Assembly (NCBI GenBank): GCA_963924565.1
Contig: OZ004611.1
Span: forward strand, 25,110,001 to 25,174,000
Direction: 5' to 3'
DNA length: 64,000 bases
Origin: Ascidiella aspersa
Lineage: Eukaryota
The first letter of the stretch is position 1. The number at the start of each line of letters is the position of its first letter. Of this stretch, positions 14,509-27,151 are shown in pieces. The position numbers were made by a program, and so were the translations under genes. Under the pieces are notes generated by a model. The model did not search any database. It was given only the letters and a program-made list of their open reading frames with translations, and was not told where the DNA came from.

Positions 14509-15337
14509 GACAACATTCTTTTTTTATATATGAGTTTGCCAAGGGATCGGCAATCATTATTTTCTTCGCCAACTTAAATAAGTTTCACAAAGAAGTCCAA
14601 ATGCCCTGACGTCCAATGTGTAGAACAGACACCTGAATTTATGACCATAGTAACCATACAGAAGTTTGCCTTATAATAGTTATTCAATTTTTTTATGTTT
14701 GTATTCACAAAATTATGTTAAAACAGGGCTCCGCAACCAGCGGCCCGTAAAACATCTACAGGATCTCCGTAATTGCAGATTTTTTCAATTTAATGTGAAA
14801 TATTTTGAATGTTTATGTTTAAGCATTTTATTTATTTATTTATATCGACTACAGTATCACGTTTTTCGTAGGAAAGCATTAGAAGATTTCAGCTTAGTTT
14901 TGCACATATTAGTTAGGGTCAGTCTTTAACAGGTGGTGGTCCATAACTTAAAGTGTTTTGGTTCGTTTTTGGAAAATCTACTCAACCCAATGGCGCTATA
15001 TGATTCTATGACATTTTACGCCATGTGCCTCGCAAACCCTACAAAGTGCAATTCGACAATAAATTCGATTAATTCCTGCAGTATGCAAATCTCTTTCATA
15101 TACCTAATGCGTAACGTATTGTTTTAAATTAAAAGTTTGCCGAATATTGCTACAAATTATGACGTAAATTTGAGACGTAATCCCTGATAATTTTTATGTC
15201 GCCTCCTAACAAAAATCCTGGATTGGTTCTTGCCAGACTGTTATAAATGTTCTTTAATATAATAGATTATTACTAGGACAAGTATTTTAAAAGCAAAATT
15301 TGAAAAATATGTATTTTTTGAAATATATGACCTATAA

Positions 15338-15611
15338 CAGTGGTTCTTAACCTTTTAAGGCTTGCGGCATTTCTAAGAAAAAATAAATAGATGGTCACCC
15401 CTACAAAAAAATTTCGTAGGTAACTTACTAGAATTTAAAAATAAACGGAACTGGAACAACACACATTAACTCGTAGAAAGTTTTAATTGGATATATTCCA
15501 CTCTAATCTTACACAAAAAGTTGTAAGAGCTAAAATCAGATTCTTGAAGATTTTCAAATATATCTCGGCGCCCTTGAGCATTAGAAATGGCAACCTGGTT
15601 GAGAACCACCG
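15338..15611 (+). mobile_element. hAT (Buster/Charlie-like) MITE, 274 bp
   Basis: CAGTGGTTCTTAACC...GGTTGAGAACCACCG with perfect TSD ACCTATAA. Confidence 0.88.
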
Positions 15612-15620
15612 ACCTATAAT

Positions 15621-15800
15621 ATATTGTTTTTCGACGACTCGCCACCCTTTAAAACTAGCTCAGATGGTAGAGCGACGGTTCCGGTATGGCCGGAGGTCGT
15701 GAGTCCAACCCTCACTACAGGCTATAGTTTTTCTAGCCTGTCTTGCTTATAACATTGATCGACAGATTCGGTTAGTCGGCGATGGCTTCCGTTGCATATG
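15621..15800 (+). mobile_element. tRNA-derived (SINE-like) element
   Basis: A-box TAGCTCAGATGG (15656), degenerate B-box, CAGGCTA..TTTTT..TAGCCTG stem, tail GATCGACAGATTCGG..GCGATGGCTT; three other partial copies in the window. Confidence 0.75.
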
Positions 15801-16093
15801 ATCATAAATAACTGTTTTGGGCATTACATTTTTAAAAATCTCAGTAATTTTTAGAAGTTTTTTTAAACTATTACATAGTGTATTCCAATAACGAACGAAA
15901 CACTTGTTTTAACTTAAAATTACAAAAAAAAAGCTCGTGGCGAAACGTCTTAGTCAAGATGATGTCAATCTAGTCGATCTGTTTTGCTTTGCAATTCATT
16001 CTAATTGTTTATCCATTTTAAATTTCATCTTCACGTAGAAATAAGGAAGAAGACTTAAACTCATTGGACCAAAAAGGTTCAATTACCCTAAAT

Positions 16094-16955
16094 CAGTGGT
16101 CTCGAACCTTTTTAATAAGCGACCCCATTTTCAATAAATTGAAATCATAATTAACATTGCAAACCCATTTTTCTTTTCATATATAATACTGCTTGAACTA
16201 AGTAACACGAGGGAATATGCGTAAATTATACACATTTTCAGAGAATTATGGCTAAATATGTGCACCAAAATCATTTATTTTAGAACGTTTTACTCAAATT
16301 ATGAATTTGAATTGCATTTAGTGTGCTGGTTGCGCCTGCATATGTCCACCAGTATTGAAAAACGCGGCTCCACTTTGCATATGTAGCCTAATGCTATACT
16401 TCCGTGTAATACTCTACAACCGATTTACCATGTTTCATTTTTTTTAATTTGCTCATTGCGCTGAATTTCATTAAACCAAGCCATTTAGTTGAAAACGGAA
16501 AGAGTAGTTGACACACAAAATTGGACAAATTCGGATAGATTAGTTACATTGGTCCAAAAGTAAATATTTATATGCTGAAATCTTTGTAACCGTTAGCAGC
16601 TCTTTAGGCCTAAAAACAACTATTTTATGTTCTCTGGATAACGATTTCTTAAAACCGGTCAAATATTGCCGCGAAAGCTTTTTAAGCCATCGGGCGGGGT
16701 ATTGGGTATAGTTTTCAACTAGCAATAATCGCGCCTCGGATAAACCTCATCAGCTACGATATCGCCACTGCGCAAACTATTTTATAAGATTATCTTTTCT
16801 ATGTTCTCAGTTACGTTTATTAGTATGACGTCATTGTAAAGAAAAAAAAATACATACATCGTCCACAAACAGCTGATATATGATGAGTTATGGCGACCCC
16901 AGAAAAATTTAGGCGACCCCACTTGATGTCGCGACCCACAGGTTGGAGACCACTG
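16094..16955 (+). mobile_element. Non-autonomous hAT (Buster/Charlie-like) element, 862 bp
   Basis: TIR CAGTGGTCTC...GAGACCACTG, GCGACCC subterminal repeats, TSD CCCTAAAT/GCCTAAAT (NNNTANNN); homologous to 62950-63653. Confidence 0.88.
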
Positions 16956-17154
16956 GCCTAAATAATACTTAAAACTGAAGGGATAGGGAATTGGACGAAG
17001 GCAACCGGTCTAATATCATCAATCGTTGTGGTGTCAAACTTAGGGCGTAGGCTTTAGACCTTATTTCGACCGTTTAGGTCCTGTTTTGTTTCCACGGGTT
17101 TAGCTCTGGTTCATATTTAAACCTTATTTATATGTGGTATGATAGTACATTTTT

Positions 17155-17365
17155 TTGTACTCCGAACTATATATGTGTTGGAAAAAAATTTGTTTTAAGA
17201 TGCTTTTAGGCATGAAAACTCTCGCGGCTTCCCTTATCCACAAATCATTAAATTTCCATTTCCACAGTTGCTTCTTGGACTACATCTACGAAGTTACAAT
17301 TGAGTTCAATGTTAACATTATAAAGAAAAAACTAAAAGTCATATTTTATTACCAAAAACATGAAA
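17155..17365 (+). mobile_element. Possible decayed LINE ORF2 C-terminal scrap
   Basis: LIHKSLNFHFHSCFLDY...NVNIIKKKLKVIFY resembles the YK..N.LP..F.DY / N.FKKKLK tail of CR1/L2 proteins; weak. Confidence 0.25.
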
Positions 17366-19023
17366 ATATGACTTTTCATGACTTCATGACTTCTTTAATA
17401 GATCTCTAAACAACTGTATTCGTTTCCTGTTTTTGCTAATTTTACCGCAAAAAATATGTCTTTAATGACTTCTACTGGCCCCAGTTGTTACTATAACTCA
17501 ATTGTAACGCAAAACGGTTCACGAAACCGCCTTATACGCCAAACTTATCTCAACATTTTAATCCTAATAAAAAATCAAGAATTTTTGCGAAGAATTTCCT
17601 AAGTTCATAAAATACATCAATGATGTTTTAGCTTCGAAAAGAAACATTCGCTTCAAAAACAGGATGGTTTTATTTAATTGCTTTTAAATAATACCTTTGC
17701 CTTAGGGCAAAAAGTTTGAACCCGAAATGGTTTCTTTTGGACCCTATATGCGAAACGACAACAGTTTATTATTGCTGGTAAATCCAACCTGTCGCAACAG
17801 GTTTCTGTTTGTTTACTTCCTGTCCTTACACAGCGTACAGTGACGTTACGTCATTTGTTGTTCAAGAAAATGTACAACTCTACAAACAGCTTTGAAGCAG
17901 TTAAATATTCTCAATTTACAGAACTTTAAGCATCTTTGGAAACAAAAGAATCTTTTGATAAAACAGGTTATATTCTCACTTGTCATGTTTAGTAGACATA
18001 TAATCCAAAATCTAAAACGCGTGCTATTGTTTTTAATTTATTGCTTGCCCTAAATAAACCGAATAAAATTTTTATTTATTTTTTATTTTAAGTAGTGTTA
18101 ATTAAAGCAAAAAGCCTCGGGTTGGTACGAGGGCGGTACATTCTAAGATCAACTGCTTTACAAGTGAGTCATCTATTCTGACAAGGGGTTCAAAGTAAGT
18201 GAAACCGAAAGTAACTACATCGAAACTTTAATCTATTCCAAGAACGTTTAACAGACAAATGGCACCACGTTGGAAAACATTGCTATCATCTCCATTTTCT
18301 AATATAATTTGGTGCAGTTCCCAAACGGAAAATATATGACGTAATATTATTGGGTGTGACTGATAATAAATATTTTATATTGGGTAATTGGACGAGATCT
18401 GCTAGTCATGATTTCTTATTCTAGCATCGAGCAAGCACGTGACAAAGTTACCCGGAATGGCCACGTGATAGTGACATTAATCAATAGGAATGGAAAATTG
18501 GGTAATTCCGGATAAAACAGATTTCAGATCCATTGTCACTTAGGCTCGATGAAGTTTCTAAGAGTCCATTGGTCCAAACTGTTTTATTTAATACTAACAG
18601 CAAGTTCACCCGAGACACTGAGTGGCAAAACCCGGCATTTAGGCTTGACACAGTAAAATATCGACACCAGTATTGTCTTTCACTTATGGTTAATTTAGAG
18701 CAAAAAAACATACACATATTTGCTTTTGAATGTCTTTCCTTAAACGAAGGCTTCCATAGAACCTTTGACACTTGTCCGGTTAAAAAGTACTGCGATCTAC
18801 GCACTAAAATGTACAAACCATTTAAACATAAAACAATAAGCCGATAAGGAGGTTGAATTTTTTAAAGAGGTGTTGAGTAAATTTGCCAATTTATCTTCGG
18901 AAAACAAGTTGTTATTTAGTAGGTAAAACATCAGTTTTAAAACACATGTATACTCTCTGTTTTAATCGTTGATTTTTGCTAGATCCCCTTACTGTGGCAT
19001 GCAAAATTTGACATGGTTTCAGC

Positions 19024-19379
19024 CAGTGTTGTAAACAGGTTATTTTGAAATGACTTTAAATAATCCAACCTTTAAATAATCCAGTCCCAGTCAACATAAA
19101 AACAAACTGCTAAATTATTAAAATTGGTAAACTCGCCCAAATGTAAGCAATAAAATACCACAAACGCAGTATACAGCACTAAAAGTGTTGAATGTGCAAA
19201 AATTATAATTTTACAACTTACTTGACAAAATGATTTAAGTCCAAGTCAAGTCATTTGTCCGAAAGACTTAAGTCAATTCAAGTCATTTTGGTCAAACGAC
19301 TTAAGTCAAGTAAAGACATTTACACCAATGACTTAAGTGCACTTAAGTCAAGTCAATGACTTAAGTCATTACAACACTG
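19024..19379 (+). mobile_element. Non-autonomous hAT/MITE, 'AAGTC-array' family, intact copy (356 bp)
   Basis: TIR CAGTGTTGTAA...TTACAACACTG; perfect 8-bp TSD GTTTCAGC (19016-23 and 19380-87); subterminal (AAGTC)n and GACTTAAGTC arrays. Confidence 0.9.
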
Positions 19380-21299
19380 GTTTCAGCAGTGTTTTTAATC
19401 AATGTGCTTGTAAAACCCTATATGATCAGTAGCTGTTTTCATTCAAATACAGTCATTGTTTGCCTTTCTATGGTGCAACCATGGCGTAGTTCCATGAATA
19501 GAGTTTCGTTTGGGCAGGGGAAGCGAAACTTGTGATTCACTATCTGGTGAAATCTCTGTGATGCCCAATTAACTTTACAACCGACGTTATTTTCCAACAT
19601 CAAAATGGAATTGCGGTGTTAAGATACTTTTACAAAAAGGAAAATACACTTGGTTTTAACAAAAAATGTTTTTATTCGGCAACCTTTTTGAAAAGATACT
19701 CATCACGTTTTTAATACTGAAACATTAAATTTGGTATTTGATTTTAAACTTAATGTTATCAGATGGTTTGCGTGTCGTCTATAACGAATGAAGTCACTTA
19801 AAATAGACCGTGCCTGGCATGATTAGTTGTTTATGGTCACAATCGAAAAGGAATTCGAAAACTCGTACTTCTGTATGTCGTACTTAAAGAACTTAGCCGG
19901 AAACGCAGCTACTAATTTCCTATACATAAAGGCTAAAACGGATATTTAAAAAAATAACGAAGTTGTCAAAGTGTTTTAAAATAGTTATAAAATATAAATT
20001 CCTAAAATCTTGTTACTTAAAAAACGGTTTGTCCTAAACATGTTTAACAAACAATCACTCCTGTTTCCAGTGGTGTAAAGGTCTAGGTCTAGGTATTTTA
20101 CCCAGTTATCAATCTTGTTAAACTGCTTTATACACAACATCAGGTTTGACAAAATGTCTAGCAATTCGCTTAAGTTCGCAATCTTGATGTTCGTTTCGAC
20201 GAACGAAAATGTTTTGGACAGTAGGCCTACAGCTATGAATAGTCCCGCCTGTTCTTTAGTGTTTGCAATTGGATGACGCAAACGCAACGACTTTAGGAGG
20301 TATTACTAAAATTGGTCGGACGAAATTACGATTCGTCTTCCTTAGTTTTGCAATTCATTTTTTAGTCGTTCGTCTTCTATATACAATATTATAAGTCGAA
20401 CTGAAGTTCTGCGAAATTCCAGATTCCCCTGTTTTAGTGCGACTAAATGGGTCTTTTTATAGGCAAACCCTTACAAAGTGCCGAAATCCCACTTTCTTTC
20501 CAAATTTGTTGTTTAAAGTGTAAACCATCAAATGCCAAGAAAATGTGAACTAATTACCTTTAATATGGTTTTCAACAAGTACTAAAAGTGTGGTTCCTGT
20601 TCTGTTAATTTGAGTTATTAAATTTTTCCGGTTTAATATTTTTAAGCGCATTTTTCACCAATTATTACTCGTAAATAGTTAAACAGGAATTTTTAAATTT
20701 GCAAGATGGTATCCAGGGGTATTTTGTTAGATTGCGAGCTTTATAGTATTTCTTTCACAATCTTCAACAGGATCTTTGTTTGACCAAAGTACATTTAGTG
20801 GGATTAGAAGTTGTAAAACGTTGCCATTCAACCATGAACCTATACTTCAATCAATTTTAAAGACCAGTCAAAACTTCTTTGGTAAACATGTATTTAATCA
20901 AAGTAAAATTTCTGTTGTTGGCACTAAAATAGAAATGGGAAAACCAAGCTTGATTATCGATATATACTTTAGGCATGAACCGAAAATAACCTGTTCGAGG
21001 GTTCGCACTACAAATACTAAACATGCGAGACATTAATATACACCATAGATAATTTTAGGCACTGATATAACCATGAGGTATTTAATCATAAGGTATTATG
21101 AGGTACGTATTGCCTTACTGATTTATGAAGTGTGAAGCAACTTTGTTTAAACAAAAGTGTGCCGCGAAAATTTATTTTTAAACAATTCATGAACCAATGA
21201 TTTAGAGTTGACCACAACTCCGTACTGCAATAGGGTCTCCCGCATTCGCCGAGGAAATTATGTCTTGCACCATAATGATCACTAACACAAAAGGCAGAA

Positions 21300-21540
21300 A
21301 ACAGCGCATTGTGACTCATAAACGACAACGAGGCACGTCACAATTTAAGAGCGACGTTGCGTTAAATACACAGGGCCCCAGAGCGTTCTGATTGGCCCAC
21401 ATGGCCGACTCGTGGATATCACGTGAGTGCGTGTGCGCGGCAGTGCGTAACGGGTGTGGTTTCGCAAATCATTGACAAGCTTCTCGTGAAGAGGTCACGG
21501 TTTTACTGCCATATAAGGCAATGTTGCGTCTCGCCTTGAA
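21300..21540 (+). promoter_or_regulatory. CpG-rich island with CCAAT box, E-box and CArG/TATA-like element
   Basis: CTGATTGG 21388-21395, CACGTG 21420-21425, CCATATAAGG 21509-21518. Confidence 0.45.
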
Positions 21541-22589
21541 ATAGAATAATAAATGCCATTTCAAAACGTTTTTTAATCTAAATTAAATAACCCTGACAAG
21601 TACAAGTCTTACGGCTTTTAGACTTGTTCTTTTTTTTATTTTCCCACGGTTGCAATAACTCCAAATGTTGTCTGCTTTAATACATCTGACTAAAAATGAA
21701 GGTAACGATCATAAGTTATGTTTCTATTTAGTAATGAGAAAAACAGTTAATTTATAACAAAAAGTTAAGGGTTAAAAGCGCCACACCCAATTAGAGAAGG
21801 GCACTTTCGTTTCCTTTTAAATCTAAAAGAAGGCCAAATGTCATTTTCTGTTATAGCAAAAAGCATGGTAATCTATTTACTTTGGAAACATAATTTATGT
21901 TTTGAAGCAAGGGCAGAGAAACTCTATTGACTGGGGGCGTTTACCAAAAAGGCCAATTAAATATTTAGACAAGATTCGGCAGTGAATAGTTTCTGTGAAT
22001 AGAATGATAATCTTAAAAGATATTTAAAGTATACGTGGCAAGGAATCTGGATAAGTTTTAATATAACTTTATGGCTGTTATTAAAACAGAGGATGTACAT
22101 GTCGTACTTAAACAACATTAGTTACATTAACTGTGAATGTACGACAACAATAAAAATCGTAATAATATAAATCAAAAACGATTTGTTCAAAATGAATTAA
22201 GTTATAGTAGTGATTACATTTTAAATGATAAAAGGCGATATCTATAAAACGATTAGGTGAAATCAAACGAACTTTAAATAGTTTGCGAACAAATTTAAGT
22301 TTTGAGTATATTTGCGGCCCTACAACAACGCCTCTCTTAAAAATGAGTTTTACACAACTGAGTAAATGCAAATCGGACTATAAAATAGACACAATAATGA
22401 CGTAAGCATCTTAGTTGTGTTGGTTACACATTACCTAAGTCCAACTATATTCCTGTTTGTGTGTACATAATTTTCTTTAAACAGTCTCCGTGTAACGCGA
22501 GATTTACATTGAGAGTAAAGGGTAAAACTACAAAACTACATACTTTAAATACCTAATTAAAATGCTTTAAAGTTTTTGTGAAAGTTTTT

Positions 22590-23060
22590 TAGTGTTGTAA
22601 TGACTTAAGTCAATGGCTGGTCAAAAGCTTGACTTGGTGAACTTAATTCACTGTTTTCAAATAACTTGGCTTGACTTTGGCTATACATGACTTGATTAAC
22701 TTGAGTATTCTGGATAAATAACATGTCTTGAGTTTGAGTCAAATGATAAGGGTTGAAATTCAGCGTTTCCATAAAACCATTGGTTATTACATTGCGTAAT
22801 TATCTCATTCTTTCCACCTAAACCCAATTTGCTTGCTATGCGTTTTTTGGGCAATTTATTATTTAAGTTATTTATATTCTGAAAACGTTGCTAATTGTTA
22901 AACGTTTTATTTTCAACAAATGATTTGACTTTAAGTTAACTTTTTACAACTATGACTTAGACTGGGACTTATTTTTTTGCAAAAGACTTGATTTGGACTT
23001 ATTTTATGGATCACATGACTGGGAATTAATTTAAAAAATAACCTTATGATAAGACTTGAT
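22590..23060 (-). mobile_element. AAGTC-array hAT MITE, degraded reverse-orientation copy
   Basis: TAGTGTTGTAATGACTTAAGTC (reverse complement of the right TIR) followed by TGACTT arrays. Confidence 0.7.
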
Positions 23061-23674
23061 GTTTTAAACTGTATGAAAACAGAAGATTTTCTATAATACA
23101 TGGTTAATGGTAATCTAAGTGGCGACTTCAGAAGAGCAATATTGCAGTTATACACTTATGCACTGATGTGCATATATGTAATGTAAATTCATTTCAATGC
23201 TTGCTTAATGCAAGATTGTCACCGGATTTTAAAAGGCTAAGCCGTGTTTGAAATTCCCCACCTTGTTTTACGCTCATTTGTAAAACCGCAAATGTTGCGA
23301 CGTACATGAAGTCGTGGCGAGCTCCAAAAAACGTTACACAATGAAATCAAGTTTTACAGCAAACAAAGCCAAAGACCAGAACGGCCGCGGAAACACGATA
23401 GCTTAAAAGGTAATATAAACCAGCGCTCGTGACAGCTTTCACAGGTTACTGGCGACGGCAAACGCAAACAGCTTTCAAACTAACACAGCCGGTTCTAAGT
23501 GTTAAACATTTTGCTCTACATTTTACAAGTGTAAATGGTTAAGTTGTTAAAAAGTCTGCGCGTTTGGCCTATAGAATAAACGTGTTTTTTTACCGTGGGG
23601 TAAAAATGTGTACTTCAATGACACAAATATAAAATTAACACAAACAAAGTTTCAAGTTTTACGGCAAATATAAC

Positions 23675-23925
23675 GGAAATCTTTTGTAGCCATATGTAAA
23701 GTTTCATTACACCTATAATACTTTTATTGCCCAACACAAAAAACCTTTCGAGTAAAAATAGCCTATGACTTTGAATAACACAGATATGATATTAAAACAC
23801 TATTTTGAAGTGTTTTGAGGAATCTTTTGCGGCCATATGCAAAGCTTCATTACACCTAATACGTTTATTGCCACCTTAATTAAAAAAAAAACGTACCATG
23901 CAAGTAAAAACGGCAAACTTTGAAA
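23675..23925. repeat. Diverged ~144-bp tandem duplication
   Basis: AATCTTTTG..GCCATATG.AAAG.TTCATTACACCTA..TTTATTGCC occurs at ~23678 and ~23821. Confidence 0.75.
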
Positions 23926-24280
23926 AAAAATATTTGTTCGACGTTGTTTAGTGTCGCACTTTAACCATGAAAAACGTGATTTTCTAAATCACGATTTTTA
24001 AGCGGAACTCAAAAAAGATGTCAAAGACATGTCGTTAGTCATTGATGTGAAAACTTCGTGATTTGACTGACGCGCAAAGGAAAAGTATTCCCCACAGTAA
24101 AAGCCAAGTATAGACACTGGACGGGCTGGATCTGGGAACCAACCATATAACCAACGAAGTAACGGTTTCTCCACCGTAATTATCTATAATAACATAGTAT
24201 TAAGACTGATGACAAACAGCGTGAACAAGAAGAATAAAATGTACACCCAAACACACAGAAATCCAACAACGCCCCTTGTA

Positions 24281-24382
24281 CTTTTTTGATATAATGTATT
24301 TTGTGCGACATATTTTTTGGCATAATGTGTTTTGTGCTAAATATTTTTGGTAATAAAGTATTTGTGCTAAATATTTTTTCCT
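24281..24382. repeat. ~30-bp tandem repeat, 3 copies
   Basis: TATTTTTTGGCATAATGTGTTTTGTGCTAAA-like units. Confidence 0.75.
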
Positions 24383-27151
24383 AAGTTTTGACTTTTCAAT
24401 ATGTCTTAGCCTGGTTTGAGAAATCTTACCAGTATAAACGCACCGTAGGTTTCCTAGATTCTAAGGGGCAAAGCGAAGGCCTTTGCCGCCAAACCTTCAA
24501 TTTATTTATTTATGCTTGGCTTTCGTTTCCTACTTGCGCATGAGACTTATTTATGGCATAAGGTTTTATGCCCTATAAAAAAATTACGGAGTGCCCTTTC
24601 AAAACAATTACGGAATCTATCCCAGTTAAGATCCTATCACTTTTGTATAGTCAAGTCAACAGGTTTTAAAACTCCGACAGTGTGATTGCATTTATTTCAA
24701 AAGTCCTTCAGTGTGAATTAAAATTCGCCTAAATGTGGCCTATACACAATACTATTAGTATGCAACATCTAGAACAAATGTAGTAGAACAAAAGTATGTG
24801 TGTAAGTGAGGAAGAAACCGGGTAGGCTAATCTTTATTTCTGTCCACGTTTAAGGTGTGGGTCTTTACGGCAAACCAAGTAAGAAATGTGGCTCCATGTT
24901 CTCTAATTGTTTGGCAAACTCTGTATCGTCTATAAAGCCCGCTCAGCAATGAAAATAAAAGGATGGACCACGTTGCCTTATTTAAATAAACACGCCATTT
25001 TAACCCACCATACCTAATACGTGGCGACAAACAGACATGCGAAGTGCGTGTATTGTGCGTATAGCGTCATAACGTCACACCAATAAAATGACCTGACTAT
25101 GGCCTGCGTTCTGTATGTTCATTACGCTTTAGGAGAGGACCCTTGTAAAGCTACCGCCTCGGGCCTTTTATCGGCGAGAGATAGTGCTTATACACAACGT
25201 CTTTTCACATACTTGTGGAATAGTAAAGCCTTTCTCGATTATACCGGTTTTAAGGCACATAAACTTGAAGGCGATTTACCTAAAATATATATTACAGAGG
25301 CGGTGATTGAAACAGTTTACAATTTAATATACATTTTAAAGAATATATCAGTTTATATAACTTAAAAATACTTTTTATACAAGTGTTCTATTTTAATGCT
25401 ATATTTGTTGCATATTTATATTAAAAGGGAAATCTAAGGCTCTTCTATACTTTGTTGGAATTTCACTGTAGCATTTTTTATGCACAGTACTGACATTACG
25501 AGTTACATGCAAATTGGTACATCCGTCGTTATATAACTTTACAAAGGCAACATAATAAGGTGCCAACACCTTGTTTGCTTCGCCACTATGCGTTCTTTTT
25601 ACTTTTTCGACATTTTAAATCACAAACATTGTTTATACTGGGATGTCATATAAGTCGGACGGTTAGGCTACTGTATGTAATTTCACAATCGAAAACAACC
25701 GTAGCCAGCGATCTAATAACCGAACCATAATTGCTTCTGTGAAATAAAAACAATTTCCTTTTATTTCGACTTCCTCTGTTCCTATTTTTCTGATGTTCCA
25801 GTGTTTTTCCCATTTGTAAGTTTAACTCAAAAGCTGAACTGAATACACTTTTTAAAATACATTTTTTAAATTAGTAATTAATTTTCTAACATACAGTAGC
25901 TCAGACTACTTTTTCTTTAGACCATTGCATTTGTTAATGGCACTTTATTTAACTACTTTAGAATAAACAACATATTTGTTGATTCCCTAGTTGGACAGTA
26001 GGCCTACAATATCTAAATATCCCCCCGTAATAAACACAAACACACGCTTTTGTTGGAAAACAAATTGCAGCGAATTCTGATAACAGCACGCACAGTCACA
26101 CACGCAAGTAGCACTCAATGCGCTAAATAACGAAAAAAACAGTAAATTGCGAAACTGGAAAGTTTTGACGAAAGTCCATATCTTTATTATTGTAGCTGTG
26201 GGTCCATACGATTTGTTTTAGGGAAGAAACAAGTGATTAAACTTCAGCTAAACCAGTTGTTTTTAATTTTTAAATACCAGAAACATACATTTTTTGTTAA
26301 AATATCAGTACAGCATTCATCGCCTTGGAAATTTAATTTTAGAACCATTTATTAAACGAATATTTGTTGCGAAAGACATAAAAGAACAAATTCGCAGGTT
26401 GAAGAAAAAACAGTCTTTACAATATCCAATACTAAGTACTGGTGCAAGTAAACAACAGACAAAAAGCTTAGCAACAAAGAAAAACATAATTCAGAACTTT
26501 GGGAAAAGCGTCGACATTTTACTTGGATCAGTTGCTTATAGCAGAACCCAAGAAAATCGCGGAACAAGACCGAATTTATTGCTAAAACGAAAATTTTAAA
26601 TATATAGCTTTAGAACAGCGGTAAGTCATAGTAATACAATAAGATTTTTAAGCGATGTATTTGCCGATTTAAATGTTAGGTATGCCTAACTTTTTATTTT
26701 TTTAACAAAATTGATTAGTGCTTCTCGATTTTCACAAAACAAAAGGGTTAGGTTCAAAAGTTAGCTGATTTGAAAGCACAGTCCGGAATTTAGTGGCAGA
26801 GGCTAACTTACAATGACTAAAAATATATCTTCGAGAGGTCGTAACCGAAAGACTGTAGAAAACTTTGGACAGCTCTTTCAAAACTCTTGAAATTTCCGAC
26901 TAAAGCAGGTAATATTCGTGATAACTGTAGGCGCTTGATGTTTAACATTTTCGTACAATCCTTCAGTAGAATGCAAGGCTATTTAAAGTCCAGGCGTTAT
27001 GAAAGTACCTATTTTTGCCAAGAACTGACCAAATTTTAAACGAACAACAGAGTTGTTTATAATAAGTCCATCTTTAAAGGACTGACTATATCGCCAATAA
27101 TTCTGTCTGTAAATCGGCATAAGCTGTTTCGAATTCCGCGGACGTCGAAAT

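Noticed and set aside
15656-15725. Possible tRNA gene
   Set aside because: Degenerate B-box, no clean anticodon or acceptor stem, and diverged partial copies sharing non-tRNA flanks indicate a repeat.
16725-16765. Hammerhead-like CTGATGAG..CCGAGGCGCG on the minus strand
   Set aside because: Lacks the GAAA core and a closing stem I.
18481-18847. Opposed 104-aa and 111-aa ORFs; likewise the 157-aa ORF at 46728-47201
   Set aside because: No recognisable domain, non-ATG starts and no convincing splice context.
25700-27151. End of the PCGF 3' UTR
   Set aside because: Several minus-strand AATAAA candidates (~26693, 26347, 26183, 25944, 25760); cannot choose without transcript data.
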